Source: Thelocarpon superellum
Lineage: Eukaryota
Direction: 5' to 3'
Length of the DNA: 20,000 bases
Assembly: GCA_026025795.1 (NCBI GenBank)
Contig: JAPEUG010000046.1
Location: forward strand, 47,909-67,908
Shown: in pieces, positions 1 to 12,458 of the stretch
Numbering within the stretch: position 1 is the stretch's first letter
How the letters are laid out: every line of letters starts with the position of its first letter
Notes under the pieces: model-generated
Database searches by the model: none
What the model saw: the letters and a program-made list of their open reading frames with translations, nothing else
Told to the model about the DNA's origin: nothing
Made by a program: the position numbers and the translations under genes

Positions 1-200
1 TATTTACATTGTCCCCATGTTGCTTCTGACCAAGCTACACTATGATTTTGTACTGCCCACTGCCAATGCCACTTTCACGTTGCGCAAACGCCATGCTCAG
101 CAAATGCACACAGTCAAAGCCCAAGACGCAGATTGGTGACACAGACAAAGAGGACGAAAGGAAAGGGATGGCGAGGTGGGCCGGTTGTGAGCAGCTGCTC

Positions 201-3200
201 TCAGTTACTACATCCCGTTAGTGTCGCTCGAGGAATGTGACCTTGGGACGGGAAATGGGGAAGGGGAGGACGTACTATATCTCCAGCGGTGCCAGCTGGT
301 CAATGCTATAAAGCCAATTCCCGCCCTGTTCTTCCTTGACAAGCCTGTGTGGTGATCCCCAGATCAGTTTCGGGGACAAATCGTTTGCTAGAGGGAAACC
401 TCGGACGGAGGGACTCACCACTCATGAGGCCAAACGACCAGATTACCCTGCGTCAACTTCAACATCTCCTCGGCGTCGCCCATGTCGATGATGTCGTCCG
501 ACGCGTGGAACTCCCGACGCGATGTGCGCGTCCCCGTTCGTCGACGTCGGCGTTGCGACGACGAATTCATGTTCGTGTTCGTGCCGTCCGAGTAGGCCCC
601 TGATGCTGTCGACTGCCCGGTTTGGATCCGCTGAGCCTTTTCCGCGTCGATGGTGTCGTGAAGGTGTCCATTCCCATTTCCATTCCCGTCCCCGTCCCCG
701 TCCCCGTTGGAGACAGGCGGCGAGGGGTCTTTGGTGAGTGCCTCTGGGGCGATGGTCGCGTCCTTCTCATTCAGCACCTCATCTGGCACCGCTTCGCTCT
801 CCTGAACCTGTCGCTCCTTCTGGGCGCGCGTGGCATCGTCCGCCCAGTCCTGCACCCGCCCAAGGCCCGACTCGCCGCTCTTCTTGCCGAGCGTGAGATT
901 CAGCGTCTTCTTGACGTCCTGTTCGGCCTCGGCCGCCTTCTCCCCAATCGGCCCCAGCATGCCCATCTTCTCACCCATGCTGCTCTGCCCCGGTGGCCCG
1001 CTCTTGCCCTGACTGTCCTGCTGCATGCGCGACTTGCTCCTCCCGCCCTGCGCTTGAGCAAACCGCTCGGCGTACGCCGCGTATTCCTTGTACTCCTTCC
1101 ACGTCTTGACCTCGCTATCCGGCATACATCGGAACACGTGTCGGTAGATCTTTGTGTTGTTCTCCGCGACCGCGTGCCACGTGTCCAGGTAGAAGGCATC
1201 ATCCAGAGGATCCTTCATGCAGTCTCTGTCCACCATCGGCCGACGAAGATCCGTCAAGAACGGGTTGAGACGCTCGGCCGTGTCGGCCGAGAAGACGGGC
1301 GGGCCCCCAATGTCACTGTCGTCGCCGACAGGTAAGGCCGGTAGCTGCGACACCGTGGGTAGGCCATGCTCCATCGTGATGGATCGCGGCGCGGTGGGCG
1401 CGGTGGGTGTCGTCGTTGCCAATTGCGGCGTCGCGTCCGGGGCTGTCGTGGAAAGGTGGAGGTGCTTCGGAGCGTCGAGCGTGCCGTGCCCGTCGGGAGC
1501 GAGCGGGCTCACCAGCATCTCTTGGTTCTCCCTGACCACGGCCGAGTCTCGCCCCACGACCAGCCCTGCGCGCGCGGCATCGCGCAGGTGGTCGGCGCCG
1601 AGACCCTCAACGTCGGCCTGATGCTTTGCGTTGCCCGTGACGCGCACGTCTTCGGTCTGCTTGGTCCCAACGCGCGTCATGTTGGGGTTATTTGCCTCCT
1701 CCCAGTTGGCGTCGTGGTTGAAGCAGAAGATCTGCTCCGACTTGGCGAGGATCTCGTCCTGGGCCCGATGCTGCGACCGCAGCAGCCGTCGCTCCGTCTC
1801 CCGATCCGCCGAGCTCGAGTCGTGGTCCGTCGTCTCGGCGTCGTGCGTGGCCATGCGCCGTGCCGTCTGTGCCCAGGCGGCGTCGTGCTGCGCCAACGCC
1901 TCATGCCGCTCCTGCTCCATGATCTCGTCCACGTCCAAGCCGAGATGCTCGCGCATGAGACGCATGCGCAACGTGTGGGGGAAACGACCGACCCGATAGG
2001 GCGCCCCGTTCATGCGGGACCAGATCATGTCGGCGTCGCGCACGATGGCGGCGCACTCGGAGTCGCGCACGCCCAGCATCGAGCGCTCGTTGATGTTGGC
2101 CGACCCGATGATGGCGACGCGGTCGTCAACAACCATGCACTTGGCGTGGATATACAGCTGCTCCGTCACCAACGTCCTGCTCGGCCCGATCTTGCCCCAC
2201 GTGCGCAGGCTGTAGAACTGAATGTAGTCCTCGGGCTCGATGTCTTGCGCTCGCAGCCGGCCAAAGACCGACGTCTCGCCGCGGCAGATGCTGCGGTATT
2301 GACACTGCATGATCAGCCGCACGCTGGTGCCGTCGGGGCTATCCACGGTATTCTGGAAGCCCGGCATCAGCGGGATGACGAGCACCGCGCGCCAGTCTTC
2401 ACGCTGCCGACTTGCGCGCACGATGCGCTCCACCAATGCGTCGCCGACAGTGTTCTCGATGCGTGTGCCCTCGACCACGCAGCTGCTGATGAAGAATTGG
2501 TTCTCGATGTACACGAAATGTTCCGACTGCTCGATCGACTTGACGTAAGCATTCATGATGCTGTGCTCCGTCTTGTCCGGGGTGCCCATGGACCACCAAC
2601 AGCACGACCGTAGGATCTGCACCTCGCACGTCCCCTCCAGCCCCAGAGCCTCGAGGTCCGCCGGGTTGAAGTCGGGCGGCGGCAGAAGAAAGGGCGTGGG
2701 CCGCGTCGGGCTGCGCTGGCGCAGGATGAAGTTCCAGCGCTGCACAAAATGCCGCGTCAGGTCCCGCGCCGGCTGCCCGACGATCTGCATGGCGACGTCG
2801 TGCCAGGGCATGCGTGGCACCTTGGTGCGGTCGTACATCTCCTCGTAGGGCTTGTCCAGCGCGTAGAAGTCTTGCACGCGCGGGTTCGAGTAGTCCTTCC
2901 CCGGCCAGAGCTGGCAGTGGTCGGCATCCTTGGGCGCGTCCGAGGCCTCGAAGCCCGTCAGCTTGTCATCGGCTACCGAATGCTGCGGCGTGTCCCAGCG
3001 GCCAAAGCAGAGGTCGATGCCGCCGACAAAGGCGACGGTGTGGTCGACCACGCAGATCTTCTCGTGGTGGGCCCAGAAGAAGGTGTTTTGTCGGATCTGG
3101 TTGGGCGAGCGCTGGACGAAGACGTTCGGATGGAGGTCGAGGAGCGAGAATTTGGTGTAGCTCGAGTCGATGGGGATGGCGGAGTTGATGTTACGGTAGA

Positions 3201-5775
3201 CGATGACAAAGACCTTGACGCCCTCGTTGGCCTTACGCTGCAGTAGCCGGTCCAGCCGCCACTTCTGGCTGATGGCGGCGGGCCGGCGCATGTAGAGCTC
3301 GGGGCTCAGCCACCAGTCGTGGATGTAGATGACGTCGCGGGCCATGTTGATGGCCCGTGACACGTTCCACATGTAGTCGCGCCCGTCCACCAGCCACTGG
3401 GCGTGCACGCCGGTGCGGATCGGGGCGAAGCTGTCGAAGCGCTGGGCCTTGGACCAGATGGTGTTGGCGGTCATGAAGCCGATGGACTCTTCGAACTGAT
3501 GCAGTTGCCGCTCGTTCTTGGCCAGGAGCTTGAACTTCCGCTCCGAATTGCGGATGCGTAGCAGGTGGTGCTGCGGGTGGGCTGCCGTGTTCTTGGCGCT
3601 GATGGCAAGATCCTTGGGCTTCTTGTCGCGCAAGCGCCGCTTTGTCGGCTCGAGCGCGAAATCGGGATCGACGAGTAGGACGTCGTAGATGTTCATCTCT
3701 TCGGGCGAGTCGACGCAGGCGATGTAGCTGTGTCGGACGAGGAACCATTTGGGCGAATGCCTCTTCTTGACGAGACTAGGATTCCAGCTGCGGCGGAAGT
3801 CGAGCCCCTTGGATGACTGAATGACCATGGAGCCCTCCTTCCCATGGTAGCCTCCTTCGGCGGCGAGACGCACGCCGAGCGCAGACAGCTCCAGGAACTT
3901 GCACAGGCGATTGCTGTCGGGCCGGAACATGAGGTGGCGGATGACCTGCTGCAGGTAAAGCTCAAGCTTCTTGCGCTGGCGCTCGACATACGTCTCCCGT
4001 CGACCAGCCGCGGCCGGGGCGGTGACGATGGCGGCGGTGACGCCGCCGGCCACGGGGGCCGCTCCATTGACCGCATCCTCCGGGCCAGCACCGAAGAAGC
4101 GGGAGCTACGTCCGCCCTTGGTCAAAGACGGGCGCCGCTTCTTCTTCCGCGGGGCTCGATCGGTACCGCTCGTGGCGGCGTCGGTGCCGCTGGGCCCCGT
4201 CTCGTCGTCGCCCATGCCGGTGCCATCACCGTCGTCCTCGTCATCGTCGCTGCCAAAGCCGCGGGCACCGCGAAGATAGGGAAAGGCGGTGCGGGGAAAG
4301 CGTGGAAACTTCTGCTTGAACAGGTCTTCGTGGCCGTACAGCTGCTTGTACTTCTCGCTCTTCGCCTGGAGCTTGTAGTGTAGGTGGAGGTTGGTGAAGT
4401 CACGCAGGGCACGGTGGATGACCCACTTCATCCGGGTCAAGCCGCTGCCGTACTCGAGCTCGATGCGGAAGATCTGATGACGGTCACCAGCGGAACGGCT
4501 GTCCGATTTCTTGCTGTCGGTTAGGCGCACCTTGAGCTGCTCGAGCAGGATGGGAATCCGTTTATGGCCCTTGTCGTCCCGCTGGAACATGCTGGCGACC
4601 ATGAGCGCGGCCGGGGTGCCGGCAGCGAGTTCGGCGAGGAGTTCGGCTGACTTGGCGTGATCGACCTTGCTCTCTTCCTTGCGCCTCTGTCCCATGAGTT
4701 TGAGGCCGGCCTTGAGGGAGCGCCACTTCTGGGCGCTCAGAGTGGTGGTGCGACCGGCGCGTTGACGCCAAGGGGCTGGGGAGCCGGGCTGATCGGCGTC
4801 GGCACCGGCGACGAAGCCCGTGAGGCGACGCAGATTGCTGGGGCGGCGGCCATCCGGAGTGCCCTGGGTGCGGGCAGCGTGAACCCACTCGCGTCCGCGG
4901 CGCCAGGGGCTCTCTCGCTCCAGACGCTGTCGACCTTCATCCTCGGAAAGGCCGGCGCGGCGGTTTTCAGGAATATCGGTCATGGTTGACCTCCTCACGG
5001 GCTGCCTGGGGGGTGTAGCGGCGGCGGCGGCGGCGGCGGTGCGGGTGGAAGGGACAACGCCGGTGGCACTCCGGTTCGTGAGTGTGGTGGTCAGGGGCTG
5101 GGTAAGGGAGGGGCCATTGATGGGCCTCCGGGTTGGCCTTCGACGCTTTGTGCCAATGCGACCGTTCTCCGACTCCTCCGTCGCGCTTTCCTCGGCATCC
5201 GCGTCGGCCTCGGAATCCTCGCCGTCCTCGTGGGATCCATCGAGATTGGCTGCGTCGTCTTGCTCGGCAGGTTGCGAGTCGTTCACACGGTCAATGGCGG
5301 GCCCACTTTGCGAGCGGGCATGACCATAGGATGTAGTTGGTCCAGCGAGCGCTTTGAGCTTGGAGAAGAGGGCGAAGGCTTTGCGTTCCTTGGTCGGGGT
5401 CTCGTCCTCGGGCTCCACGGGGTCAGCAATAGGCTGACCTTGGCTCCGATCCGTTGGCTCCACGGCCGAGGTAGGTCGGGCGAATTGAACGCTGCGTCGA
5501 TTGGGAGGAGTCGATGTGCCACTGGATTGTGCGAGAGCTGGGGCCGCATCGGCAGGCCCAATTGGGATGGAGGCAGGTGGTAAGGGATCGAGCACACCAT
5601 TGGACGTGGGATGTTCTCTGCCCTTGGGTGCTTCTGTAACTCCTCGGAGCGTACCCTCCCATCGATGTTCGGCCGACAAGGGCGGCTGAAAGTGTCGAAC
5701 GTGTATATCGTCGATCGGCTGGAGATTGGATGAGGTGGGGTCTGTGCTGGCCGTGGCCATCCCATTGGCTTCCAT
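201..5775 (-). CDS. SPO14: Phospholipase D1 (Spo14/PLD1 family; PX-PH plus two HKD domains); exons 5775-419, 344-276, 207-201
   Basis: The 1793-aa ORF has two HxKxxxxD motifs (HHEKICVVD ~3044-3069; IHAKCMVVD ~2125-2150), plus IYIHDWWLSPE, GGIDLCFGRWD, PRMPWHD, YIENQFF and GSANINERS. PX-like (KWVIHRALRDFTNLH) and PH-like (KWFLVRHSYIACVD) regions lie upstream. Two 3' introns (418-345, 275-208) restore the C-terminus ...VWPHEWLVKEEQGGNWLYSIDQLAPLEIYN*. The first in-frame ATG is at 5775 (the track's 5796 is GTG); a second ATG is at 5760. Confidence 0.96.
208..275 (-). other. Intron 2 of PLD1 (68 nt, GT-AG) preceding a 7-nt terminal coding exon
   Basis: Donor TA|GTACGT, branch ACTAAC, acceptor TAG|T AAC TGA, giving ...EIYN-stop. 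Confidence 0.85.
345..418 (-). other. Intron 1 of PLD1 (74 nt, GT-AG)
   Basis: Donor TG|GTGAGT, branch CTGAT, acceptor ACACAG|G. Splicing rebuilds the Trp codon and continues into a PLD-type tail. Confidence 0.9.
669..706 (+). repeat. Coding hexamer microsatellites (CCATTY)n(CCCGTC)n within PLD1, encoding GDGDGDGNGNGNG
   Basis: The tandem units are directly visible and lie in the low-complexity C-terminal insert of PLD. Confidence 0.7.
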
Positions 5776-8161
5776 GATGGCCGTGGGCGCGGGCACGGCG
5801 ACCGGACTCCTTCTCGAGAGATGTCCCGATCCTTAGAATATTTGCCGTCAATGATGAGTAGGGCTTTTCGGCATAGTGACCACGATGTCCATGGCGGTGG
5901 CGGCGCGGTCACTGTCCCTAGCCTGTCGAGAGTCGTTTCGTTCACCCTTGCGAGAGGTGTCGCCGCGTGGCTGTGCAATGGCCGATGCCTCACAGAGCTG
6001 GAGGTAGAGCACGGACGGGGGGCATAGAGCGCAGCTTGAAAAGCAGCCAACTGAGGGTACGTAGGCCCGGTGACCGGACGTCAAGGGCGAGATGTCGCCG
6101 GTCCGTCGGGGTTCAATTTGTACGGACTGATGGAGGATCGGCGGAAACGAGAGACGAGGAACGATGGCAACTAAGTTGATGTATGGTAGCATATGGGTAT
6201 GGACGCCGGCCGTTGGATGGTAGCCAATGGGATTGCACTCCCAGACAGGTGCACTGACTCGTTGGTACCGAGGCGTAAGCGGCCCAAGACTGATCCATAC
6301 ACCTCGTGCCAGCACCCGCGGGCTCTACCACAGAAGCTGGCCGGCCACCGTGCACGAGGTGTGTCTGTAGAGGTGGTAAACATTACTGAACGCGCCCAAC
6401 TTCAAGCTCCATTTCGACTTTACTCCGCGTTCAATTCCAACCCGCTCGTTCTCCGTCCCAACATCCGTGGGAGGGGTTCATTTCGGTTACTAGATTCCAC
6501 TCCTGTTCCCGGAACATCAATGAGATCCGAAGAGAACACCCCAATAATCAGTCCCATCTCAGAATGTGCGGATCGCAGAGCCCTGTGGCGGCTTCATATC
6601 GGCTCCGAGCCCCGCCCGCGATCAGCTGCTGGGTGTGCGTGTTGGGCTGAGTGCCAGACGGGCTGGTTTTGGCCGCGACCCTGGTTGGAGTGGCTGGTCA
6701 CCCAAAAGAAGCACTCTGGTGCAAGGAAGACATCGACTACAGCACGTCTTGAAAGTAATGATGTCTGGATTTGGGCGTGATACCTCGAGTGATCTTAGCA
6801 CCAGAGGCAGTCGCTTCAGGGCGAGAAAATGGCGAGGAAGGACTCATGTAGACCACCGCCGTTGATCTCGAGCGATCAGGGACGAAGTGAGGTGGAATGT
6901 AACCGTCAGGCTTAGATGACACGGTAATATTGTCCTTTGGGTAGGCCGACAGCAGAGTCTCCGGCAGCGTTGCTGGATTCCGAGCAGGACGAGGAGTTAC
7001 AACGCGACGCACATCTAAGGTACCGCCGGTCTCGACGCCCAATACTGGCAGTAGAAGCACAACGGGCTCGGTCGCTGGGTAGCGACGGGTGTTCCTGGAC
7101 GAGGTAGAGGCGAGGAGGCACCTGTAAGAACGGGTTTTAGACCGGGAGCCGCTGAATTCGATAGGCGGGGGGGGATGTCATCGCGGGGCCGGAGTGCCGA
7201 AGCGTCCGCCTAAGCCTGAGTCGCTCTGTGACCATGATGGCGAGCTTTTCGCAGCCTCTGGAGAATGGTGGAGACACGTCGCGCCAGAGACGAGCTGCCT
7301 TTCTGCTCCTTTCTCTCCGCCACGTCAAGCGGTGGTAGGACAAAGTCTAGTAGACGCGATTGGGGGATGGCAACTCGGCAGGCCACTCTACCTCAAAGAA
7401 ATCGTTCGTCATGAGGGAGCCTGTACTGATGGATCGATTAGAGCCTGAAGTGCGTCCTACACCAGCCCACTCGACCCGGCCCCGATCGCTCTTGGACCCC
7501 ACAGCTTGATGCTGTTGCTGTGAATAATGCCCCACGGCCGTCAAATCTGTAGCACCAGCAGGGATCGCCAGCAAATGTGACCTTTGAGGCAAGCTGCCGC
7601 GCGACCAGTCGACACCGCGGCGGGGTTTGCCGTAAGGCGCTGCGTGAGTGGTCGGTGGGCAGAAGAACGCAGGGCGCAGCGGCTCGAAATTTCTCAGGAT
7701 GCAGCCCTTCGAGACGCGATTCACGAGCCGGACTCGCACAGGTTGTATCTAACAGCATATGCTGTCCACGATGAATCACCCATTTGTTGATGAATGAAAT
7801 GGTCTTCGAGTACTTGGACGGTTCTGCACTTCGGCTTTCGATTGGATTCCTCCAGGTGGATTCGTTGCACCCGATCGATCACCCAAACAGTTTATCAATT
7901 TCTAGACCGAATCACTAGTTCCAGCCGCAGGCCATGCGTGAGAAAATATGTATGCTTCAAGTGCCGAGCTTTCTGTCTTATGAAAATGAAGGAGGCACTT
8001 TCTGCGCCTGATTGGGCGTTGTGTTGGTGGGGCTGCGTTGCCTCGATTGTATCCTCCGCGTCGACGAGTCCGAACGTACAATACCGCACAGGACCCAAAT
8101 TATCGTTTGATCCGCCAATAGTACTGACCATCACCAGGTGTCGGTGCAAGCCATCATCCCG

Positions 8162-9287
8162 ATGGCGACTCTTAACCCCATTGCATGCGCCTTTGACCAA
8201 CCCTCGGCGCACATCTCCCGGCACGAGTACGAGGTGGGCGGCATCTCGCTGACCGTTCATGGCCAAGATGAGCTCCTCCCATCCGTAGGGGACGTAGTCT
8301 GTCTCTGGCTGCACCATCCACGGCTGCAGAACCAGAGCAGCATGAACCCCCTCGCCGCGCATGTCGTTACACGATGGAATGCGCAAACGGCGGCCCACGA
8401 TCTGGGAGAGAAAGGCCGGGGTCTCGTGGCTGTCTCGTTCGACGCGCGAAATCATGGGGCCAGGGAAGTCTCACCACGAGCCAATCAGGCGTGGAGGGAG
8501 GGCAATGACGTGCATGCGCAGGATATGTATGCCATCTATCGTGCGTTCCCCTACCGTCCCTTGTCGAGACACTCTGGTTGATGACGCCCGCCAAGATGGA
8601 ACGGTCGTGGACACTTCCTTTCTAATGGATCACCTGGAGTCCTATATCTTCCGCACCGGACGCCGTCGGCTGGTCGACCATCTGGTCTTGGGCGTCTCGC
8701 TAGGGGGCCACAGCGCCTGGCAGCTCGTGGTCAACGAGCCCCGCATCTCGGCGGCGGTCGTGGTCGTAGGGTGCTGCGACTACACCCGGCTGATGCAGGA
8801 TCGTGCAGCCAAGTCGCGGCTGCCCAGCTGGACCTCGACTGATCCACCTGGCGCCGCGTTCATCGGCTCCGGGGACTTCCCGCCGAGCTTGATGCGGGCC
8901 GTGGCAAGACACGACCCAGCCGGACAGTTGACGCGGACCACCCCTGAGGACAGGTGGGCCGTGGCCCTTGAGGAGGACGAAGGTGGGGTGCAACTGATGA
9001 TTCGACGTTGTTTGGGCGACAAACGAATTCTCAACCTCGCGGGCGGGGCCGATAAGCTTGTGCCGTACGCCTGCTCTGCGCCGTTTCTGCGCCTGCTGCA
9101 GCAGTCGCACTCACGAACCCGCGCCCCACGCGAACTACGAGACCGCGTCTTTGAGGGCGTGGGACATGAGTTGACCGCTCCCATGCTCGACGAGGCTACG
9201 GCTTTCATCCTCGCCGCCGGAACAGGTCTGTGTGATACGTCTGTGGATGTGGCGTCGTCCGGCCGATCTCCACACTCAAGGATGTAG
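8162..9287 (+). CDS. Alpha/beta-fold serine hydrolase of unknown substrate, ~356 aa; exons 8162-8540, 8596-9287
   Basis: ORFs 8138..8581 and 8361..9287 join through a 55-nt intron (C|GTGCGT...AAG|AT). Motifs: FDARNHGAR, nucleophile elbow GVSLGG, acid GGADKLVP, His in GVGHEL. No obvious signal peptide. Confidence 0.85.
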
Positions 9288-10464
9288 TGCCGCCATGTAC
9301 TCGTACTTCCCATCTAGAGCGACTCTGGAGGATGACCGGCATACCAAAGTACTACCTTGGTAAGCCATTGCAGCGTCCTCACCATCCGTAGGTCTTCATT
9401 TGCTTGTCAAGATACTTGCCGTGCTGCACAAGGAACAAATGCGTCGACGGGCACAGGCCCGTGGGCCTTGAACACCGATCCTCGTAGGCCATCTACCGTG
9501 GGTTGACATTGGAATCTTGCGTCTTCGTTATTCAGGTGCATGTCGCGTAAGGCCCGCACGGGAACTCTACCGGCCGATCCTTGCCCCCGAACACGCGCAG
9601 CTTGCAGGACGGTCGTCGTTGCGTACGTTTGCACGCTGCGGGTCACAACTTTGACTGTGCTTTGCACTCTAATCGGCGGAGCCCGGCACGAGCACTTCGT
9701 ACTCCAACCGGGGCCCAGGCGACTCCTCAGCCGCTTCCCTTGTGTCCCACGGTCGTCTATGCTGACTTGTCCCACCTTGCAGCCATGACTCCACGATTCC
9801 ACCTCCCCCACGGCCCCATCATGACCCGATGGTGCCAAGGCCTGCCCCCCGTCCTCATCATGCGTGATCGGTCTTCGGAGGGGTCCTTCGCAGTCGGCCC
9901 GCCCAGAAGGAGACTAAGACCTTTTGATCGGGACCGACCGTTTGCGTGGCTGCATCCGGAAGCCCCGAGGAATGATCGTTGCCCCGACACTAACGAAGGA
10001 TACGCTAAACGACGATCAAGCTGCATGGCCGGCGCCCATGTTCCTCGACCCATCGTAGCTGCCTGTGAATGATTCTATTCGCTGAAGCTCCAAGGGATCG
10101 TCGGGCTTATCAGAATATCGGTCCATCGCACCATCGCCCCATGCCGACCACCGCACCCTTCAGCGTCCATGCTGGTTGCACAGGTCCTCTTGCTGCAGGC
10201 CCGCACATGTTGTGACGGTCCCTTCAGGACGCTGTGTATGCCATGTCTCTCGCGTCCCGCATGTCCGAGTGTGGCGATACCCCACGTCCGGGTTCCCATT
10301 GACCCGGAGATTCTCTGTGGCCGGACGGCACTTGACCGTCCAACCTTCGTCTGAAGCAGCCGTGGACGGCGTCATACAAAGGATGGCTGCCCCCTCAGGG
10401 GTCGGGCTGGTGCGCTGCCCCTCATCCACGTGGGTCTCGTGTGCTGCTCCTCGCGTCCGCGGTC

Positions 10465-12149
10465 ATGCGTATTCTGTCATTCTTTCTCCTGGCCAGCCAG
10501 GTATGCCTTGGCCAGGCCGCGATTGGCGGCTCACGAAGCGGTCAACACGTGGGGAAACAGTTGCCCCAGGTGCGACGTGATGCGCCGTCGCCATACGCGC
10601 CCAAGGCTGCCGTGATGCCCCGTGGGCCCCTGGTTCCGCGCGCTGCCGCAACGGAGGGTACATGTCTCTTCCACCGCCTGCAACGGCTTCACGCTGACCC
10701 CCAACCTCTATAGCTTTCAAGGTGAACGGCACCAACATCCCCGACGTCGACTTCGACATTGGCGAATCCTACGCCGGCCTGTTACCTGTTTCGTCCAGCC
10801 CGAACGAGACGCGCCAGCTCTATTTCTGGTACTTTCCCTCGTCCAATCCAGCCGCGACGGACGAGATCACCATCTGGCTCAATGGCGGGCCGGGATGCAG
10901 CTCTCTGGAAGGGCTTCTGCAGGAGAACGGGCCGTTTCTATGGCAGGTTGGCACGTTCAAGCCCGTGGCCAACCCCTGGACCTGGACCAAGCTCACGAAC
11001 ATGATCTGGGTGGAGCAACCGGTGGGCACCGGCTTCTCCCAGGGCACGCCCGACGCCACGTCCGAAGCCGACGTGGCTGCGGAGTTCTTGGGCTTCTGGA
11101 AGAACTTCCTCGATACCTTTGGTCTCACGGACCGCAAGGTCTACATCACGGGCGAGTCGTATGCTGGCTACTACGTACCGTACATTGCCGACGCCATGTT
11201 TGCCCGCGGCGATACGAAGTACCACGACGTGCGAGGCACGATGATCTACGACCCCAGCACAAGCACGAATGACCTTCAGGAGCAAGGTTCGTGATCCGCC
11301 AGGCACGAAGGGTCTTCGTCCCCATGCTGATCGCTTCTAGTGCCAGTGACGGCCTTTGTCGAGGCCAACGCCAACCTCTTCTCCCTCAACCAGAGTTTCA
11401 TGACCGACATCCAGTGGCGGGCGAACAAGTGCGGCTACACCAAGTTTCTGGATGAGCAGCTTGTCTATCCTCCTACGGGCCTGCTGCCGACGCCGCCCAG
11501 CAGCAAGGCGCCGGGGTGTGACATCTGGGACGACGTGTTCGCTGCGGCGTCATTGATCAACCCCTGCTTTGACGTCTACCAGATCGCGACGACGTGCCCG
11601 TTGCTGTTTGACCCCCTTGGCTTTCCCGGCAGCTTGCCCTATCTGCCTGACGGGGCCAGCATCTACTTCGACCGGGCGGACGTCAAGAAGGCCATCAATG
11701 CGCCAGAGGTGAAATGGACCGAGTGCACCAACACGAATGTCTTTGTCCACGGCCTCGACAAGAGCCCGCCCTCCGGCCTGAGCGTGCTGCCCGGAGTGAT
11801 TGAGAAGAGCGAGCGCACGGTGATTGGACATGGCTTGCTTGACATGATCTTGATCGCCAACGGCACGCTGCTGATGATTCAGAACATGACGTGGCACAAT
11901 GACCAGGGCTTCTCTCGCGAGCCGGCGTCGAACTTCTACGTTCCTTATCATAGCGCGGGACCGCTGTCGGGCTTGGCGGGAGCCGGGGTGTTTGGGACGA
12001 CGCATACGGAGCGCAACCTGACGTGGGTGGCGGTCAGTCTGTCGGGACATATGATCCCGCAATATGCTCCCAGTGCCTCCTTCCGCATGTTGGAGTACCT
12101 GCTCGGGCGCATCGACGAACTCACGAGCACAGTCCCATTTACGGCCTGA
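10465..12149 (+). CDS. Secreted serine carboxypeptidase, family S10 (Aspergillus CpdS/PepF-like), ~524 aa; exons 10465-10657, 10714-11286, 11341-12149
   Basis: Signal peptide [18 protein letters not shown]. Motifs: [30 protein letters not shown], catalytic Ser in GESYAG, His in SGHMIPQY. Introns 10658-10713 (GTACAT..GCTGAC..TAG) and 11287-11340 (GTTCGT..GCTGAT..TAG) keep the frame; total 1575 nt. Confidence 0.93.
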
Positions 12150-12428
12150 GGTGGAGGGGGAAATAGTAGACGCGTGGAGGGAGGATAATGGTTTAAGCTT
12201 GATGACCTAGCGTTCATCAATCGTGAGGTATTTGTGGGACCAATCGAGGATATTATCGTCGAGGACGAGTCGTGTGAGAGGTGGTAAGCGTTGGGTCCGT
12301 GCCGATGTCGGCAGTGGGATATCGAGGTTGAGAGGCTGCCCGGCTGCGCGGCGTCGGGCATGACGTTGTGTGGTAACGTACTTCGTACTATCGTTGGTGT
12401 CCGGGACGGGCTGGATGCATGTGAAGAA

Positions 12429-12458
12429 CTCGCTCTCGCTCTCGCTCTCGCTCTCACT
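12429..12458 (+). repeat. (CTCGCT)4-5 microsatellite, intergenic
   Basis: CTCGCT x4 followed by CTCACT. Confidence 0.85.

Noticed and set aside
622..5689. Many long plus-strand and off-frame ORFs over PLD1 (e.g. 1366..2613, 415 aa)
   Set aside because: Antisense shadow ORFs expected from GC-rich codon usage; they are Arg/Ala/Gly-rich with no motifs.
5900..8100. ORFs of 60-195 aa and an acceptor-like site (~7122-7140, minus) in the PLD1/hydrolase intergenic region
   Set aside because: No coherent exon chain, motif or codon bias. It may hold 5' UTR exons or promoters, but I cannot support a model.
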